The notes: generated by a model not told the origin, from the letters alone. 64,000 nucleotides of DNA from Squalus acanthias (GCA_030390025.1 CM059432.1:134604001-134668000), one strand, 5' to 3'; shown: positions 1-13,614, numbered from the stretch's first letter. Translations and numbers: made by a program.

Positions 1-1035
1 TAGACGCCCCAGCCAAGGGAAACATTCTCCCAGCATCCATCCTATCAAGCCCAGTAATAATTTTGTATGCTTCAATGAGATCCCCTCTCATTCTTCTGAA
101 TTCAAGAGAATACAGGCCTAGTTTACTCAATCTCTTCTCATACGACAGTCCCGCCATCCCAGGAATCAATCTCGTGAACCTTCGTTGCACTCCCTCGATG
201 GCAAGTATATCCTTCCTTAGGTAAGGAGACCAAAATTGTACACAGTACTCCAGGTGTGGTCTCACTAAGGCCCTATATAATTGGAGTAAGACTTCTTTAC
301 TCCTGTACTCAAATCCTCTTGTAATGAAGGCCAGCATACCATTTACCTTCCTAATTGTGCAGGTGCACCTGCACATTCACTTTCAGTGACTCATGTACAA
401 GGACACCCAGGTCCCTTTGAGCATCTGCATTCCCCAACCTTTCACCGTTTAGGAAATACTCTGCCTTTCTGTTTTTTCTACCAAAGTGGATAACTTCACA
501 TTTATCCACATTATATTCCATCTGCCATGTTCTCGCCCACTCACTGAGCCTGTCGAGATTCCCTTGAAGCCTCTTCACAACTGACACTGCCACCTAGCTT
601 TGTATCATCAGCAAATTTGGAAATGTTACATTTAGTCCCCTCATCCAAATCATTGATATAGATTGTGAATAGCTGGAGCCCAAGCACCGATCCTTTCGGT
701 ACCCCACTAGTCACAGCCTGCCATCCTGAAAAAGACTCGTTTATTCCTACTCTTTGTTTTCTGTCTGTTAACCAGTTCTCAATCCATGCTGGTATATTAC
801 CCCTAATTCCATGTGCCCTAATTTTGTTCACCAACCTCTTGTGTGGGACCTTATCGAAGGCCTTCTGAAAATCCAGATACACCACATCTACTGGCTCCCC
901 TTTGTCTACTCCACTAGTTACATCCTCAAAGAACTCCAATAGGTTTGTCAAACAGGATTTCCCTTTCATAAATCCATGTTGACTCTGCCCAATCTTACTA
1001 TTAGTTTCTAAGTGGCCAGTTATTGTATCCTTTGT
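1..1035 (-). mobile_element. CR1 LINE fragment (ORF2 reverse transcriptase), degenerate
   Basis: ORFs 541-1065 and 351-593 contain QHGF...[23 protein letters not shown](K)GSVLG, KFADDTKL; frameshifted. Confidence 0.95.
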
Positions 1036-1315
1036 AACGTCACAGTAAGGGAAGATGGTGTGCAAAGTTTTCCCTTACTGGCGTTTGGGCATGATGTCAT
1101 GTCCAGTGGAATTCAGTCACCTCAGAGGGGTTAGAAAGCTGCAAACATCCAGGTCTGAATCACCTATAGAAGAAAAACTATATTTAGCAAGAAATAATCA
1201 ACACTTGGGATTCATTGGGGGCTTGATAGGGTTTGATGAAGAGGGGTGTGAGGAGCATAAACGCCGGCATAAACCAGTTGGGCCGAATGGCTGGTTTCTG
1301 TGCTGTAAATTCTAT

Positions 1316-2067
1316 GGGCCGTATTTTCTGATCGGAGGCTTCCTGCGTGCGGAGGCCTCCGATCTGGAAAAATCTACGAACTTACCTGAGGGCTCCCGAG
1401 GCGCCTATACTTCCAATCCTGGGCCTCTCCAAACTCCAAGTGCGCAGGGCCCACGTATCCCAGAGGCGCAGGCAGTTCGCAGCGTCCCTGGGATCACGTG
1501 GGCCAGGCCAGCCAACAGAAGAAGGGAATCTCCCTGCATACACTTGACAGACAGACCTGTCAAATATATGAATGGAGATCACCGCAAAAACAAAGTAACA
1601 CTTTAAATACATTTTTTTTAAAAATCACCTTTTTAAAATTAGTTGAAATTACAATAAATTAAATATTTTAAACAAAAATGTAATTTTTTGAAAAAAATAA
1701 TTGAAGTTTTTTACAGGGCTAAAAATAAACTTACCTTTTTTTAAAAGTATTTTTAAATGATAAATGAGTGAAATTTTTAAAAAACTTTTTTTCAGCTCTT
1801 ATCCTGGTAAAAACATGCCTTACATCTGCTTTTACCAGGCGTAAGATTTCTAAGGGTTTTCAGCGGAGGTTCTGCAGAAAGCGGAACTATCCGCCCGCAG
1901 AGGCCCTTCTCCAGGGCAGGCGTCCGATCTGTCAAGAGCATTCTTGACAGATCGGAAATGCCGGTTTTCAGCACATGCGCTTCGCATGCCTGAAACCAGC
2001 ATTTGCGATGTCTCTACGGGTGTGTACACAGCGCGTACCCACCCGTAGGGATCGGAAAATACGGCCC
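1316..2067. mobile_element. PIF/Harbinger-type MITE (hairpin-array family, copy A)
   Basis: TIRs GGGCCGTATTTTCTGATC / GATCGGAAAATACGGCCC, 3-bp TSD TAT, inserted in a CR1 3' tail, no coding capacity. Confidence 0.85.
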
Positions 2068-2154
2068 TATGTATTTGCAGGTACTCAGCATGGCTAGGTA
2101 CTGATAACAATCCTGCAAAGAAAACTGGTGAAATTCTGTATCTTAGTCGAGTAA

Positions 2155-2392
2155 TTGCATTGAAGGGGAAAGCTGGATAAGCACATGAGGGAGAAAGGAA
2201 TAGAAGGATATGCTGGTAGGGTGAGATGAAGGTAGGTGGGAGGAGGCTCGTGAGGTGGGCCGAATGGCCTGTTTCTGGGCTGTAAATTCAATGTAATTCT
2301 GACTGTCAATAATGAACTGCAGGAATTAAAACAAAGCAACGAGGAAGATTGGGCCGAACGGGCCTCCTTCTGTGCCGTAAATTTCTATGATT
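2155..2392 (+). mobile_element. CR1 3'-end fragments
   Basis: gggccgaatggcctgtttctg...gtaaatt tail motif, present twice. Confidence 0.7.
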
Positions 2393-2449
2393 CATTGCAT
2401 TAACCCAGTGCCACCAGAATGGAAAAAAAAAGTCACCTGCACAACATGT

Positions 2450-3256
2450 ACAAAATAATTTTTTAAATCTTTATTTAATGAAAGAAATTTTCAGTGTGTC
2501 AAATATGAAATTGAATATACAAAAACTTTACATCAGTCCTGCAAACAAAGAAAAATAAAATCCGTAACTAGGAAATCCTAGCATTACTTTTCTGCATGAA
2601 AGAGAAAATGGATGGTTGGGGGGGGGGGAAGCTTATGGCAGTTGAGGACTGCACAGCACACTGTGCCAAGATCCCTAGTTACACAGAAGTTTAGAATAAA
2701 AATCTACACAATGTTCTTCTGAAGAACCCAACTAGTCTGTAACACAACTTTGTTTTAAAACCATGAAATGCAACAAACTATTTACTGAATCAAATCACTG
2801 TATCCCCGAACCCCCACCCTTCCCAGAACACTCAGTTAGTCATGTCCACAGTAATGTCCCCTCCATAAAGGGGTCAATGACGAATTTACTTGATGTTAAC
2901 AGATCACAAAGTTTTTGCTCTCGTGCAGCGGTCTACAAATGGGACTCACTGCCTTGATGATCCCTATTCTTTGGCTTGGCACACCAATCTACTGTAATAC
3001 CACTACATTCCAGAAATGGCCCCCCCCACCCCCCTCCCCGTCCCACCCCACATTTTTACATTTAAAACAAGAAAAAAAAAACAGGAATTTTGTTCCCTTG
3101 TAAAAAGAATGCTTGCAAGAAGTTTCATCTCGAAATCTGGTTACTGATTCTGGCATAATGATCCTACAGATTGGCAAAAAATGTACAACATTCCAGGGTC
3201 TTCTGTTAAAAGTCTGAGATCTGTTACATGAAGTAAATTGTTTTCAAACACCTGCT
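2450..3256 (-). other. CTDP1: CTDP1 3' UTR
   Basis: Repeat-free AT-rich stretch after the stop codon, ending near an AATAAA followed by a U/GU-rich tract. Confidence 0.7.
2470..2475 (-). terminator. Polyadenylation signal AATAAA
   Basis: tttatt on the plus strand; downstream on the minus strand are tgtacatgttgtg and a T-run. Confidence 0.65.
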
Positions 3257-3392
3257 TCAAATAAAATCATTCAGCTCGGCTTCAAGCGCTGCCGCCATTT
3301 CGTCCGCTTCTGAACTGCTGTCGTCTTCGTTGCTGGAGAGCTTGCTGGAATCGCTGCCTGCTCCATCATCTTCCAACTTTCGCTTGTGCCCC
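3257..3392 (-). CDS. CTDP1: Terminal coding exon of CTD phosphatase subunit 1 (FCP1)
   Basis: Minus strand after acceptor ...ttctgttattgaAG reads (R)GHKRKLEDDGAGSDSSKLSSNEDDSSSEADEMAAALEAELNDFI*, matching the vertebrate FCP1 C-terminus as I recall it (GHKRKL...SSSEADEMAKALEAELNDLM; TFIIF/RAP74-binding helix). Phase-2 acceptor, TGA at 3257-3259. Not in the supplied ORF track. Confidence 0.95.
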
Positions 3393-3759
3393 CTTCAATA
3401 ACAGAAAACACGCCACATTACTGAAAGGGGAAAAAAAAAACACCCACATTTGCTTCTTCCTGGCTTTTACACTGAGATCTCGAAAATTGAGAGAGAGAGA
3501 GAGAGAGAGAAATATAGATAGGCGTAAAACTATCCACAGAAAGTGCGTACTGACTCCCTATCAACAGGGTCAAACAGTGCCAGGGTAATTAGCGTCCATT
3601 TACTCCGCTGGGTCTATCTTTCTTCATGCAGGTTAAGCTGTGCATTTGTAATTACTGCATAGTAAAGGGGTAAAATTGCGATGTCAAAAAGATTCCAGCA
3701 GAGTAATCAGGAGAGGACACACAGTGAAAATTAACCAAGAACTTCATTTCATGAGTCTT

Positions 3760-3945
3760 TCCATTCTCTCTCCTCCTTTAAGATGCTCCACAAAACCTAC
3801 CAATTTGATCAAGCGTTTGGTCACCTGTCCTAATATCTCCTTGTGTGTCTCGGTGCCAAATTTTGTTTTGATAACGCTCCTGTGAAGCACCTTGGGACAT
3901 TTTACTACGTTAAAGGAGCTATGTAAATGCAAATTGTTGCTGTTG
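3760..3945 (+). mobile_element. L2 LINE 3' end
   Basis: Tail ...tttactacgttaaaggagctatgtaaatgcaaattgttg shared with the other L2 copies. Confidence 0.75.
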
Positions 3946-5224
3946 AGTGTGTGCAAGGGGGAAGAGAGAAAAGACTAAGATCATGTAACTCGTGAGTTAT
4001 TCCTTCAACTATACAGTTACACAAGTCTTCTTGAGAATACGTTGAGCTGTTATCATTTCCTATTGCAAATTTCATCTGCAACACTGGCTGGAAAAAAGTA
4101 ATTTGATTTCTTTATTCCATCCTTCGCTACAGGCGGGACCTATTTGAGCACAGATGGTGCTTTAATACTGCTCATTAGTTTATGCAATGCTGGTTTTTTG
4201 GCCATGGGAATCCCTACATCAATGAAACAAACTCTTCCAAAGGATCAATCTGAAACATGCTTCAACACTTGCAGAAAAATAATTACACTTGGGGATAGTT
4301 GGTCACTCAGATTATGTGCCATGTTACCAACTTAGCTATCTCTTGAAATGGGGGATGTACAAATGGTGCTATTATTTCAAATAACAAATCTATACTTTGT
4401 AATACTTTTGTCGTAAAAGAAAATCTGATAAACCGACACAATGCACAGGCAGCACGTACATTAAATGGCCAAACTAACACACTATTTCAAATCAAAAAAC
4501 AAGAAACCTAATGATATATTAGTCACCCTGCATTTCATTGAAATGTGCAGGAAAATTGAGGTTTATCACAGCCAAATTATTTTTTTCTATTCCAGGCCTG
4601 CCTTTGGGTTTAAAGGAAACACTTAGTTAATCTAGTACCATCAGGCTTTACAGATGTCGACAATGAATGAATCACTTGTTAAACTATTATCATGTCCAAA
4701 TGTTCAAACTCCTGCCAGATTTAGAATAAATTTCTGCCCTTCTGTCAAATCAGTTCCTCTGGTCTGTTAGCTTTTGCCATTCAGTGAAGTGTCTGAGGGC
4801 GAGAACAGAAAACTGCTCCTGCTGTTAATTCACACGTCAGCATTGCAATAATAACGTTCACCAAAATCAACTTTTGACATGGAGTTGCAGCTCACTTCCT
4901 CTGTGCTAATCTGCTGAAATACAGCTTCGGCCCCTTTCCCTTGAAGGGGGAAACTTTGTGCATTTCACACCATACTGAAACATACTTTTTTCATACTACT
5001 ATTGAAATTCTCATTAATGTTAAGCGTTCACCACACAACCACCTATGCAAATACCAACATTGCTTCCAGTGGGTTGTTTCCTCCTAAAGGAATACTTATG
5101 AGCTTACAGATATCCAGCAGCCCCAAAGCTAGTCTTTTTCTTAAAATAAAAAATAATCTGTGTACGCACCTTGATGCTGACAGTATTACAGGAGTAACTT
5201 TACAGCTTACCAAAACAAAGATAG

Positions 5225-5488
5225 AGAACATAAGAATTAGGAGCAGGAGTAGGCCATTCGGGCCTTCGAGCCTGCTCCGCCATTCAAGAAGATCATGGCT
5301 GATCTTCTACCTCGACTCCACCATCCCGCACTATCCCCATATCCCTCGATTCCTTAAGTATCCAAAAATCTATCGATCTCTGTCTTGAATATACTCAACG
5401 ACTGAGCACACACAGCCCTCTGGGGTAGAGAATTCCAAAGATTCACAACCCTTTGAGTGAAGAAATTTCTCCTCATCTCAGTCCTAAA
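5225..5488 (-). mobile_element. CR1 3' end
   Basis: aacataagaattaggagcaggagtaggccattcgg tail. Confidence 0.85.
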
Positions 5489-5659
5489 CGCCACGATCTA
5501 CATGATTTTAGCGATCACGGATATCGGCAGCGCTGCCGGCCATCTGAAAATGGTGGCCGCTGCGGGACCCGCCAGCAGCTGGCGCAAGAGCTGCGGCTGC
5601 CATTTTTTCGCCCCAATCTGGCGGTAACGGGTGGCGATCAACGACCCAATTTCTAGGCC
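5489..5659. mobile_element. Truncated Harbinger-type MITE end
   Basis: GC-rich, ends in AATTTCTAGGCC, the same terminus as at 23562 and nearly identical to the one at 61267. Confidence 0.55.
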
Positions 5660-5973
5660 AAAGTCTTCGCATTTAACACAAATGCTGTAAATACATCATG
5701 GGACGCAGAGCAAAAAATAACAATAAATGACTGGAAATAAGAGGAAGGGAAGAACAAAGTTACTTGTCTCTTAAACAAGGCATTCATGTGATATTTTGCT
5801 TTAGTGTTTTAGTAGTATTACACTGATGGTTGAACCCGTCACGTTTAGACTGCAGTGGGACCACAGTAAATGTCAAAGAGTGCACTCCATGTCCCAGACT
5901 AACCCTTGAGCCATGTCACAAGAAATCTACTAGTATAATTTAAATGCTTCAGGCATTCTTTTATCTCACTTTA

Positions 5974-6798
5974 GGTGATCCAGGATCAACCTGGATTGAT
6001 GGTTGAATTGCTTGATCCACAATTGAATATAAATGGCAGATAACATTTCATGACAGGAAACTGCCTCGTTATTATAAAATATATTCTAAAACTGAAGAAA
6101 TGTGCACATTTTGTGAGTCATCATATACAGAAGAACTTCATTACTGTTGCTTTTCAGTGGCTCAGAAAAATGTCAGCCATGTTCGTAAAGTAGTGCTGTT
6201 CAATAGTGTCAGCTGTGGCTCAGTGGGCAGCACTCTCACCTCTGAGTCAGAAGGTTGTGGGTTCAAGTCCCACTCCAGAGACTTGAGCACATAATCTAGG
6301 CTGACACTCCAGTGCAGTGCTGAGGGAGTGCTGCACTGTCAGAGGTGCCGTTTTGCGGATGAGACGTTAAACCGAGGCCCCGTCTGCTCTCGCAGATGGA
6401 CGTAAAAGATCCCATGGCAGTATTTTGAAGAGCAGGGGAGTTCTCTCTGGTGTCCTGGCTAATATTTATCCCTCAATCAAGATCACTAAAAAAAACAGAT
6501 TATCTGGTCATTATCACATTGCTGTTTGTGGGAGCTTGCTGTGCACAAATTGGCTGCCGCGTTTCCTACATTACAACAGTGACTACACTTCAAAAGTACT
6601 TCTTTGGCTGTGAAGTGCTTTGTGACGTCCTGAGGTCGTGAAAGGCGCTACATAAATGCAAGTCTTTCTTTGTTTCTTTGGATTGTCTCCCTCGAGATCA
6701 TTCTAGGTGATGCAGGATCAACCTGGATTGGTGGTTGGATTGTTTGATCCAGGATTTAATATAAATGGCATATAACATTTCATGACAGGAAGCTGCCT
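5974..6798. repeat. About 95-bp direct repeat pair (5974-6068 and 6706-6798)
   Basis: aggtgat(c/g)caggatcaacctggatt...cattt catgacagga(a/g)ctgcctc occurs twice, flanking a SINE. Confidence 0.85.
6206..6678 (+). mobile_element. tRNA-derived Deu-domain SINE (SacSINE1-like)
   Basis: A box tggctcagtgg, B box ggttcaagtccc, Deu core gtgctgcactgtc.gaggtgccg...ggatgagacgttaaaccgaggccc, L2-like tail. Confidence 0.85.
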
Positions 6799-6838
6799 CA
6801 TAACAAGGACTGAATGAAACACGGAAACATACTACAAT

Positions 6839-6977
6839 CAATGTCCTACCTAATTTTTTTTGAGTGCGCGGCCCCTTTAAGGGGATGCGCGGCCCGTTCA
6901 CAGTTTTGCACACGCGCGAAATTTACCATTGGTAAAGTCGGTTCCGGGCTGTGCGGCCACGCTTAGAGGGAACGTTG
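6839..6977. mobile_element. hAT-type MITE
   Basis: Imperfect TIRs CAATGTCC... / ...TTAGAGGGAACGTTG with a perfect 8-bp TSD ACTACAAT. Confidence 0.85.
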
Positions 6978-7483
6978 ACTACAATTGGGTACCAGAGAAG
7001 ATACAGTGACGATATGATGTTTGTCAAATCATTTTCAGGTCAGACAGCTAGTTAAAAATGAACAAGTCACAAATCCCAGTGAAAAATAAATGGTTCAATA
7101 AATATAATTTCACATTCACACCAACATTCTTATCCTTATTTTGTCAATGTATCGAGCAAGTTTTTTTTTTACATCTACTAAAGTTTTTTTTTGGCGATTT
7201 ATCAGCAAATAAAGAATTTTTGCATTTGGCAGATCACTAAAAAACATTCTGAATTGGGCTCTCTTCCTAGATATTCAAGAATTCATGACAACCCCCACTT
7301 TTCTGCAGTATTCCTGCAGCATCTTAAACCTTCCCCAGCCAAGACAATGGGCCCCCAAGGCCTGCCTTGCACACCCACACCTCTACCACTACAGTTTTAC
7401 AAAAAGCTGGCAAGGAGTTACCCGAGAGAAATCTGGGGTGACTAGTTCTCTCGCTTACCCCCTCATTCCCATGTGCGTTTCGG

Positions 7484-7516
<33 letters not shown>

Positions 7517-8500
7517 GTAAAGAACATCTGGGGTCGACTTCGTGCCACCACGCACGGCAGGAAGGAAAACTCACACAAGGGCAATTGGACAAACTCAAAT
7601 CCTACCGCTGTAAAATGCTGCGCTACTTTAAGGCTCCCAATCCAACAGATTCTAACATTACACACTCGGATGCCATGAGTTAGTTTCGTACTCCAAAGTA
7701 CGTGAAAAGACTTAAATTGCCAGCAGATTCTCGTATCAACACGCTACAGACTTTGAATGTTTTTCATTATTATGGAGCACTGTCTTAATCCTTAAGGAAA
7801 TGAAACACAACATAACTAATTTCTGCAGCTTTTGATGTCTTAAATCAGTATTTGTCACCATGTATTTCATAGCCATGCATTTTAATGCGCTATTTCCGTT
7901 CTGGCTTTTATAACCACATTAGGTTCGTCTTCCGTTTCCTTTTGTTGGAGGCAATTTTCCAAAATATTTGCTCGTGGTGGTTAAACCTACATGAATAAAT
8001 TTTATTCTTTTTCCGATAGTAAAACTATCACTGAATGGGGGCATATTCACTGAAAATATTAGAGATTACCTTTACTTGGAACACAATTAACTACAAACTG
8101 CATGAGAGCGACAGTTAACGAATTTTGACTCGGGTATCCTGGTTATATACGGGGTCAAGCCTATTAAAAAGGAGACATCTAAGTGGTTCACTTTAGAACA
8201 ACGTTGCTGGGTTACTTTATTTTCAAAATACGTTACAGCCAAGCTGCTATACAACAGGGATATTTCAACAAAAAACTTAAGTTGGTCGAACCAACAACTT
8301 TCAGTGGGAAATCGAAGCACTCGGTAAGCAGTTAACTTCCCAACTCTCGATGATTTGTGTTACATCTAGCTCTAGAGTGGCATTAAAATAGACGGGCTTC
8401 TTGTCCATTATTGTTTTTTTGTCGTCTTCCATTTTTGTTTTCAACATCTTCAAGCACCACACCCCTAAGGCAGCAAACAGGTGACTTTTTCCCAGGCCTG

Positions 8501-8935
8501 TGTGTCAGCCGTGGCCCAGTGGGCAGCACTCTCGCCTCTGAGTCAGAAGGTTGTGGGTTCCAGTCCCACTCCAGCGACTCGAGCACAAAATCGAGGCTGG
8601 CACTCCAGTGCAGTGCTGAGGGAGTGCTGCACTGTCGGAGGTGCCGTCTTTCGGATGAGACGTTAAACCGAGGCCCCGTCTGCCCTCTCAGGTGGACGTA
8701 AAGATCCCATGGCGCAATTTCGAAGACCAGCATGGGAGTTCTCCCCGGTGCCCTGGCCAATATTTATCCATCATCACGTTGCTGTTTGTGGGAACTTGCT
8801 GTGCGCAAATTGGTTGCCGCGTTTCCTACATTACAACAGTGACTACACTCCCAAAAGTTGGCTGTGAGGCGCTTTGGGACGTCCCGAGGTCGTGAAAGGC
8901 GCTATATAAATGCAAGTCTGTCTTTTTCTTTTCTT
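8501..8935 (+). mobile_element. Deu-domain SINE
   Basis: Same head, core and tail as the 6206 copy. Confidence 0.85.
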
Positions 8936-9589
8936 TATTTCAATACCATTGTTGTAGAGTAACAGGCCACTAGAAGGCATGTAACTGGGGCTCAAGGTGA
9001 CTCCCAGTCAGGGAGGCCGGCCTCTGTTCGACGCCTCCCTACGACAGCTGGGGTCAGAAACAGATTTTTGGGGCAGGAAACCTGTGTCCTTTAACTCCAT
9101 GGCACAGTGGGTTAGAGCTTCAATGTGATCCATCACCCCTCGATTGCCGGTCTTCTCTGAGAATAGCTATTAAATATTCCCCATCACTGAACTTGGTATC
9201 ATATACGACAATGAGGCAACAATACTATTGCTTTTCATCAGTGAAGCCGGTTGCCCAAACATCATAATCAATATCAAGACTATAATACTACATCTACATG
9301 GATAGCACTTGGAGATGTGTTAAGTGTGTAGCAACAATGTATTCAGTATTAAATCTAATGCCAGTCAAGTATTAAACAACATTTGGATTTGGATCTTTTG
9401 AGAAACTGGGCTAGCAGAGACCAAATGTAGACAAACGTTAAATAATTGGAATGCAAACAAGAAGAGGGTGTTGCATGAAAGAATGATGAAATATCTAAAT
9501 CGGGAATGGGAGTCAGACTTATTGTGGGCAAAAAGATTAATGCCATCAGATCACGGCAAATAAGGTACTGGGTTGAGTACAGGTCCTAA

Positions 9590-9960
9590 ACTATTGGAAG
9601 GATATTTTGGTCCTTTGGAGAGTATGGCATGCTCTAACCTTTCCGCATAAAATCTCCAGAACATAAGTTATGAGGAAAGGTTAAGGAGGCTGGGCTTGTT
9701 AACATTAGAAAAGTAACGCTGACCTAATTGAAGTTTCTATAATTTCTGAAGAGAATTGAAAAAGCTGATCCAGACAAATTGCTCACACTGACAAAGGTTT
9801 CAAAAGAGAATAGAGAGCATCATTTAAAAATTAGGAGTAAATGGGCAATTTAGGAAGAACTACTTTACATAAAAGGTCAAACAGAAAAGGACTTTGAAGC
9901 AAGCAACATAAATGGGTTCAAGAGACAATTAGATGCGTTTCTGGAAAAGGAGATGACAGA
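9590..9960 (+). mobile_element. Old degenerate CR1 fragment
   Basis: taagttatgaggaaaggttaaggaggctgggcttgtt (SYEERLRRLGL). Confidence 0.6.
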
Positions 9961-11429
9961 TGAATATGGTGAGAAGGCAGGAAGGTGGGGGGGGGGGGGG
10001 GGGATGTGTGCAGAATAACCCTTTTCTTTCCAAAATAACTTCATCACTGTGCTATTCCTGTAGGTTCTGTATTACAGTAAATATTGAAGATAAGAAAAGA
10101 GAATATGCATTGGCTACGTGTAAAAGTTTATTTTGTGGCCGGGCTAGGTAACCTTCTGTCCTACACTGGCTGTTGGAGGAGTGGGCCGAGGACACTCGTG
10201 CTTCAGATTTTTTTCTCTTCCCTGTGGGAAGAACTTGGACTCTACTCAGTACTGTACTTCTCTCCGCATCATAGCGACGAGTGGCAACTCAGTGTATGGA
10301 CAATTGTTGGCGCGGACTCTACATCCCGTCACCCTGCAGTGCTAGGCTCCAGAACTTCAACACACAAAACTGGGCACGAAGGGGCACTCGATATTCTGAA
10401 GCACTGGGCTGGGTCCTTGTGCCAGAACTAATGAACGGACTAAGCATGACTAAATTACTGTCGAGTCTGGCAGAATCACGAGTTGCATAATATTGAGGAA
10501 CTGCTCATATTTAAAAACACATTTCCCCTTCGTTGCTGGAATGAATTTTACTTATTACTTTCTTCAGTTAATGCACCTCAGGAGATTAGCATCCAATGGA
10601 ACGATATATTGGCTTTAATGGAGGTAACTAAATAACTTGTTCTATTTGCCGTAAGTTAATGTGTGCTGCCAAATGCTTTTTAACTAAAACAGATTACACT
10701 ATTTTTTTTTAGCAGCTGTACAAATCAATATAAATATTTAACAGAATAAGTATGAACTAGCATAACATTAACATTTACATTTACAGCCTAGCACTGGTAG
10801 CCATTCACAATAAATTCCGTAGCTGGATCTGTAATATCTTTAACTATGGAATATAAAAGTTTATTGCATCGATTCTCCGAGGAGATATTTAAGTTAACAA
10901 CTTAGCACTGCTGATAAAATACACAAGTTGATTACCTCTGAATAAATGGCAATAGACATAAATCTGTCTTTTGGCAGAATTTGGAATAAAAATACGCAAA
11001 TAGGGGCTCGTTGCAGTACAGCTTACTACTTCCATGAGTCCGGCACAGGTACGATGGGCCGAATGGCCTCCTTCTGTGCAGTATCATTCTATGAAATGCA
11101 AGCAGTTTATTAAGGGATCAAGATGAAACTGATTAAATGCAGTGATTTATAATCCAGAGCAACAGTAGCATTACAGTTATAACCAGAATTAACCCAGGTC
11201 AGTATGTAGCTGGCATCCTCAGGAACCATATTAACCTCAGCTCACAATACAAGGTGCCGTGGCACCACCATAGCAGAGTGTCAGCGGCGTTTAAAAAAGA
11301 AAATACCTCTTTAATGCACTTGTTTTCTGTTGTGCCAAATCTGCCCCGTTGATACCGTGCAGTGGATTTAGCAACGATGGGGAATTATGGAAAATTCACA
11401 ACCAGGCTGGCCGGGACCTTTCCCAATGT

Positions 11430-11780
11430 TACGGGGAGGTCTGTGCACATTGCAGGCTGGCACTTAAATGGAGTGCTGCAATGTCGTCCGAGGTGCTGAC
11501 CTTTTGATGAGATGTTACACTGAGATGTAAAAGATCCCGCGACGCTACTTGAGAAAGGGCGGAGTACACGGCGTGTCCTGGCCAAAATTCCTCCCTCAAC
11601 CAACGGTACCAAAACAGATCAACTGGCCATTTATCTAACTTGCTGTAAGCGTGATCTTGCTGTGCATTTGCTTGAAACACAGCAGTGACCACACTTCAGA
11701 AAGTAATCCATTGGTTGCCAAGCTCTTTGGGGACATCCCGAGAATGTGAAGAGTGCTGTATAAAGGCTAATACTTTCTTT
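11430..11780 (+). mobile_element. Degenerate Deu-domain SINE
   Basis: gagtgctgcaatgtcgtccgaggtgc...gatgtaaaagatccc. Confidence 0.65.
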
Positions 11781-11832
11781 ACAACTGAATAAAGAGATCA
11801 ACTGCCCAAAGCCAGACCGTAAGCTAAAGTGC

Positions 11833-12165
11833 TGAGAATGTGGAACTCGCTACCACATGAAGTGGTTGAGGCGAATAGTACAGATGCATTTAAGGAGAAG
11901 CTAGATAAGTAGATGAGGGAGAAAGGAATACAAACACATGTTGATAGGGTTCCATGAAATCAGGTGGGAGGAGGCTTGTGTGGAACGCAAACACCAGTCA
12001 ACCTACAAGGCCACGGACCAAGAGCTGGAAAGTGGGATTGGGCTGGATCGCTCTTTTTCGGCCGGCACAGACACGATGGGTCGAATGGCCTCCTTCTGTG
12101 TTGTAAAATTCTATGATTCTATAATAGCCCGATTCTGCGTTGTAAAATTCGATGTAATTCTATGT
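11833..12165 (+). mobile_element. CR1 3' end
   Basis: gagaatgtggaactcgctacca...ttctatgattctat tail. Confidence 0.75.
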
Positions 12166-13614
12166 AATAATTGCAACCCAACATCAAGTGTCACTGGCTC
12201 AAAATGTTGGTGCTGTTGCTGCTGGTAGTTTTGATTGAGGCTATCAGGCACAGTCCCCACTCTAGAAGGGTTTTGCTTAATGCCTTCAACATAAGTGTAT
12301 TTGGCCTGTCATATTAAAGGGTTGTGTCAGAACATTTGCTGTCACAGACAACCCTACACTATAAGGCAGGTGTAAAAATGCATTTCTTTAACACAACTGA
12401 ATGAAGTTTACAATGTTTGCAAGTGACAGTGCTGACTTCAATGCATAGACAAATGCAGCAGTGGAAAGTGAAAAATATGTAAAATACCAGATCATCATTA
12501 TGCATTGGGCTATATCTTTCTTTTGCTGCCACAGTTCATATTGGCGCAGATTTTGTGCCCCATTAGTTCGACTTTTTCCTTTACTCTTCAACTCAAAATG
12601 TTTTTGCCCTGCAAGTTGCTGGAAATACGAGCTGATAATGAGGGCAATGGGGCATCTGGGAGCTTGGCGAACGACGGGACCAACAGTCTATCTCCTTAAC
12701 CAATGAGATTTAAGGATTGAGAAGGAAACAGAGGGACGATGAAGAAGGAACAAGGGTGAATTAGAGTCAAATCAGGTAACTCGCCGTTATTTTGGCAGCA
12801 AAATGTGGGACAACATCACTCACTGAGCTCCTGTTAATACCAAATAAGCAGAAAGGCTACGAAGACCGAGTACTTCGCTCTTGCCGAAACCATTACAGTT
12901 TATTTGTTACCTTGTAAGAACAAGAAACGCTTAGTAACAGAAGCTTAACACAAGGCTTTTAAAATAGATCTGCTGGGCATTGGAAATAATCTGAAATTTG
13001 ATGAAGACTGCGAATTCACCTCGTCGGAGGTGTCTTTTAAATACAAAATACCGCCAGACGTAAAAGTAACCAAGAATAATAATTGTACTCTTAAATGGCT
13101 CATCAGAGCAAAACTCAGAGTTAAATGCTTCAAACCCACTGAATTATGACAACATTCTGCAAGCTGTCGCTTCGTAACAAATAACTTAATAATGACTTCA
13201 CAGTACTTCACTGTTCAGTGCTTAAGAAACATGACTAATTAACTATGATTTGCATATTTAGGCTGTAACTGCTTAACATCTGCCTGTGTAATTTTAAAAT
13301 CTATGTGTACACACAATCATCGATTAACCTGTATTCAATTGCTTTGCCAGTATTAAATAAATAGACCCTGGGATTAAACTAAAGTGGCTACATAATCTAC
13401 CTGTACAACCACAGAAGATTCACGATACTTAAAAAGATATCTTGTGAGTCAAACTGCATGCAGTGTTTAGCAGCATAACTTAAGATAAGTGTGCATGCAT
13501 ATTGTGATGGAATGCTTTTCGCAATTCAAAGCTCAGGAGTAAAATTTCTGATCTCCTCGGTCTCAAAGCAGCTATGACCATCCAACATCAGGCAATATAA
13601 TTTGGCTGCAAGGA

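Noticed and set aside
1055..1606. 183-aa ORF
   Set aside because: Runs across a CR1 tail and a MITE, with no protein motif; chance ORF.
3489..3510. (GA)n microsatellites (also about 7486-7513) and poly-G runs
   Set aside because: Ordinary simple repeats.
6206..6290. tRNA gene
   Set aside because: The A/B boxes belong to the SINE head; no full cloverleaf, and it is followed by the Deu core.
10084..10490. Unique GC-moderate region with overlapping ORFs as a possible extra exon
   Set aside because: No recognisable homology and no convincing pair of splice sites by eye.
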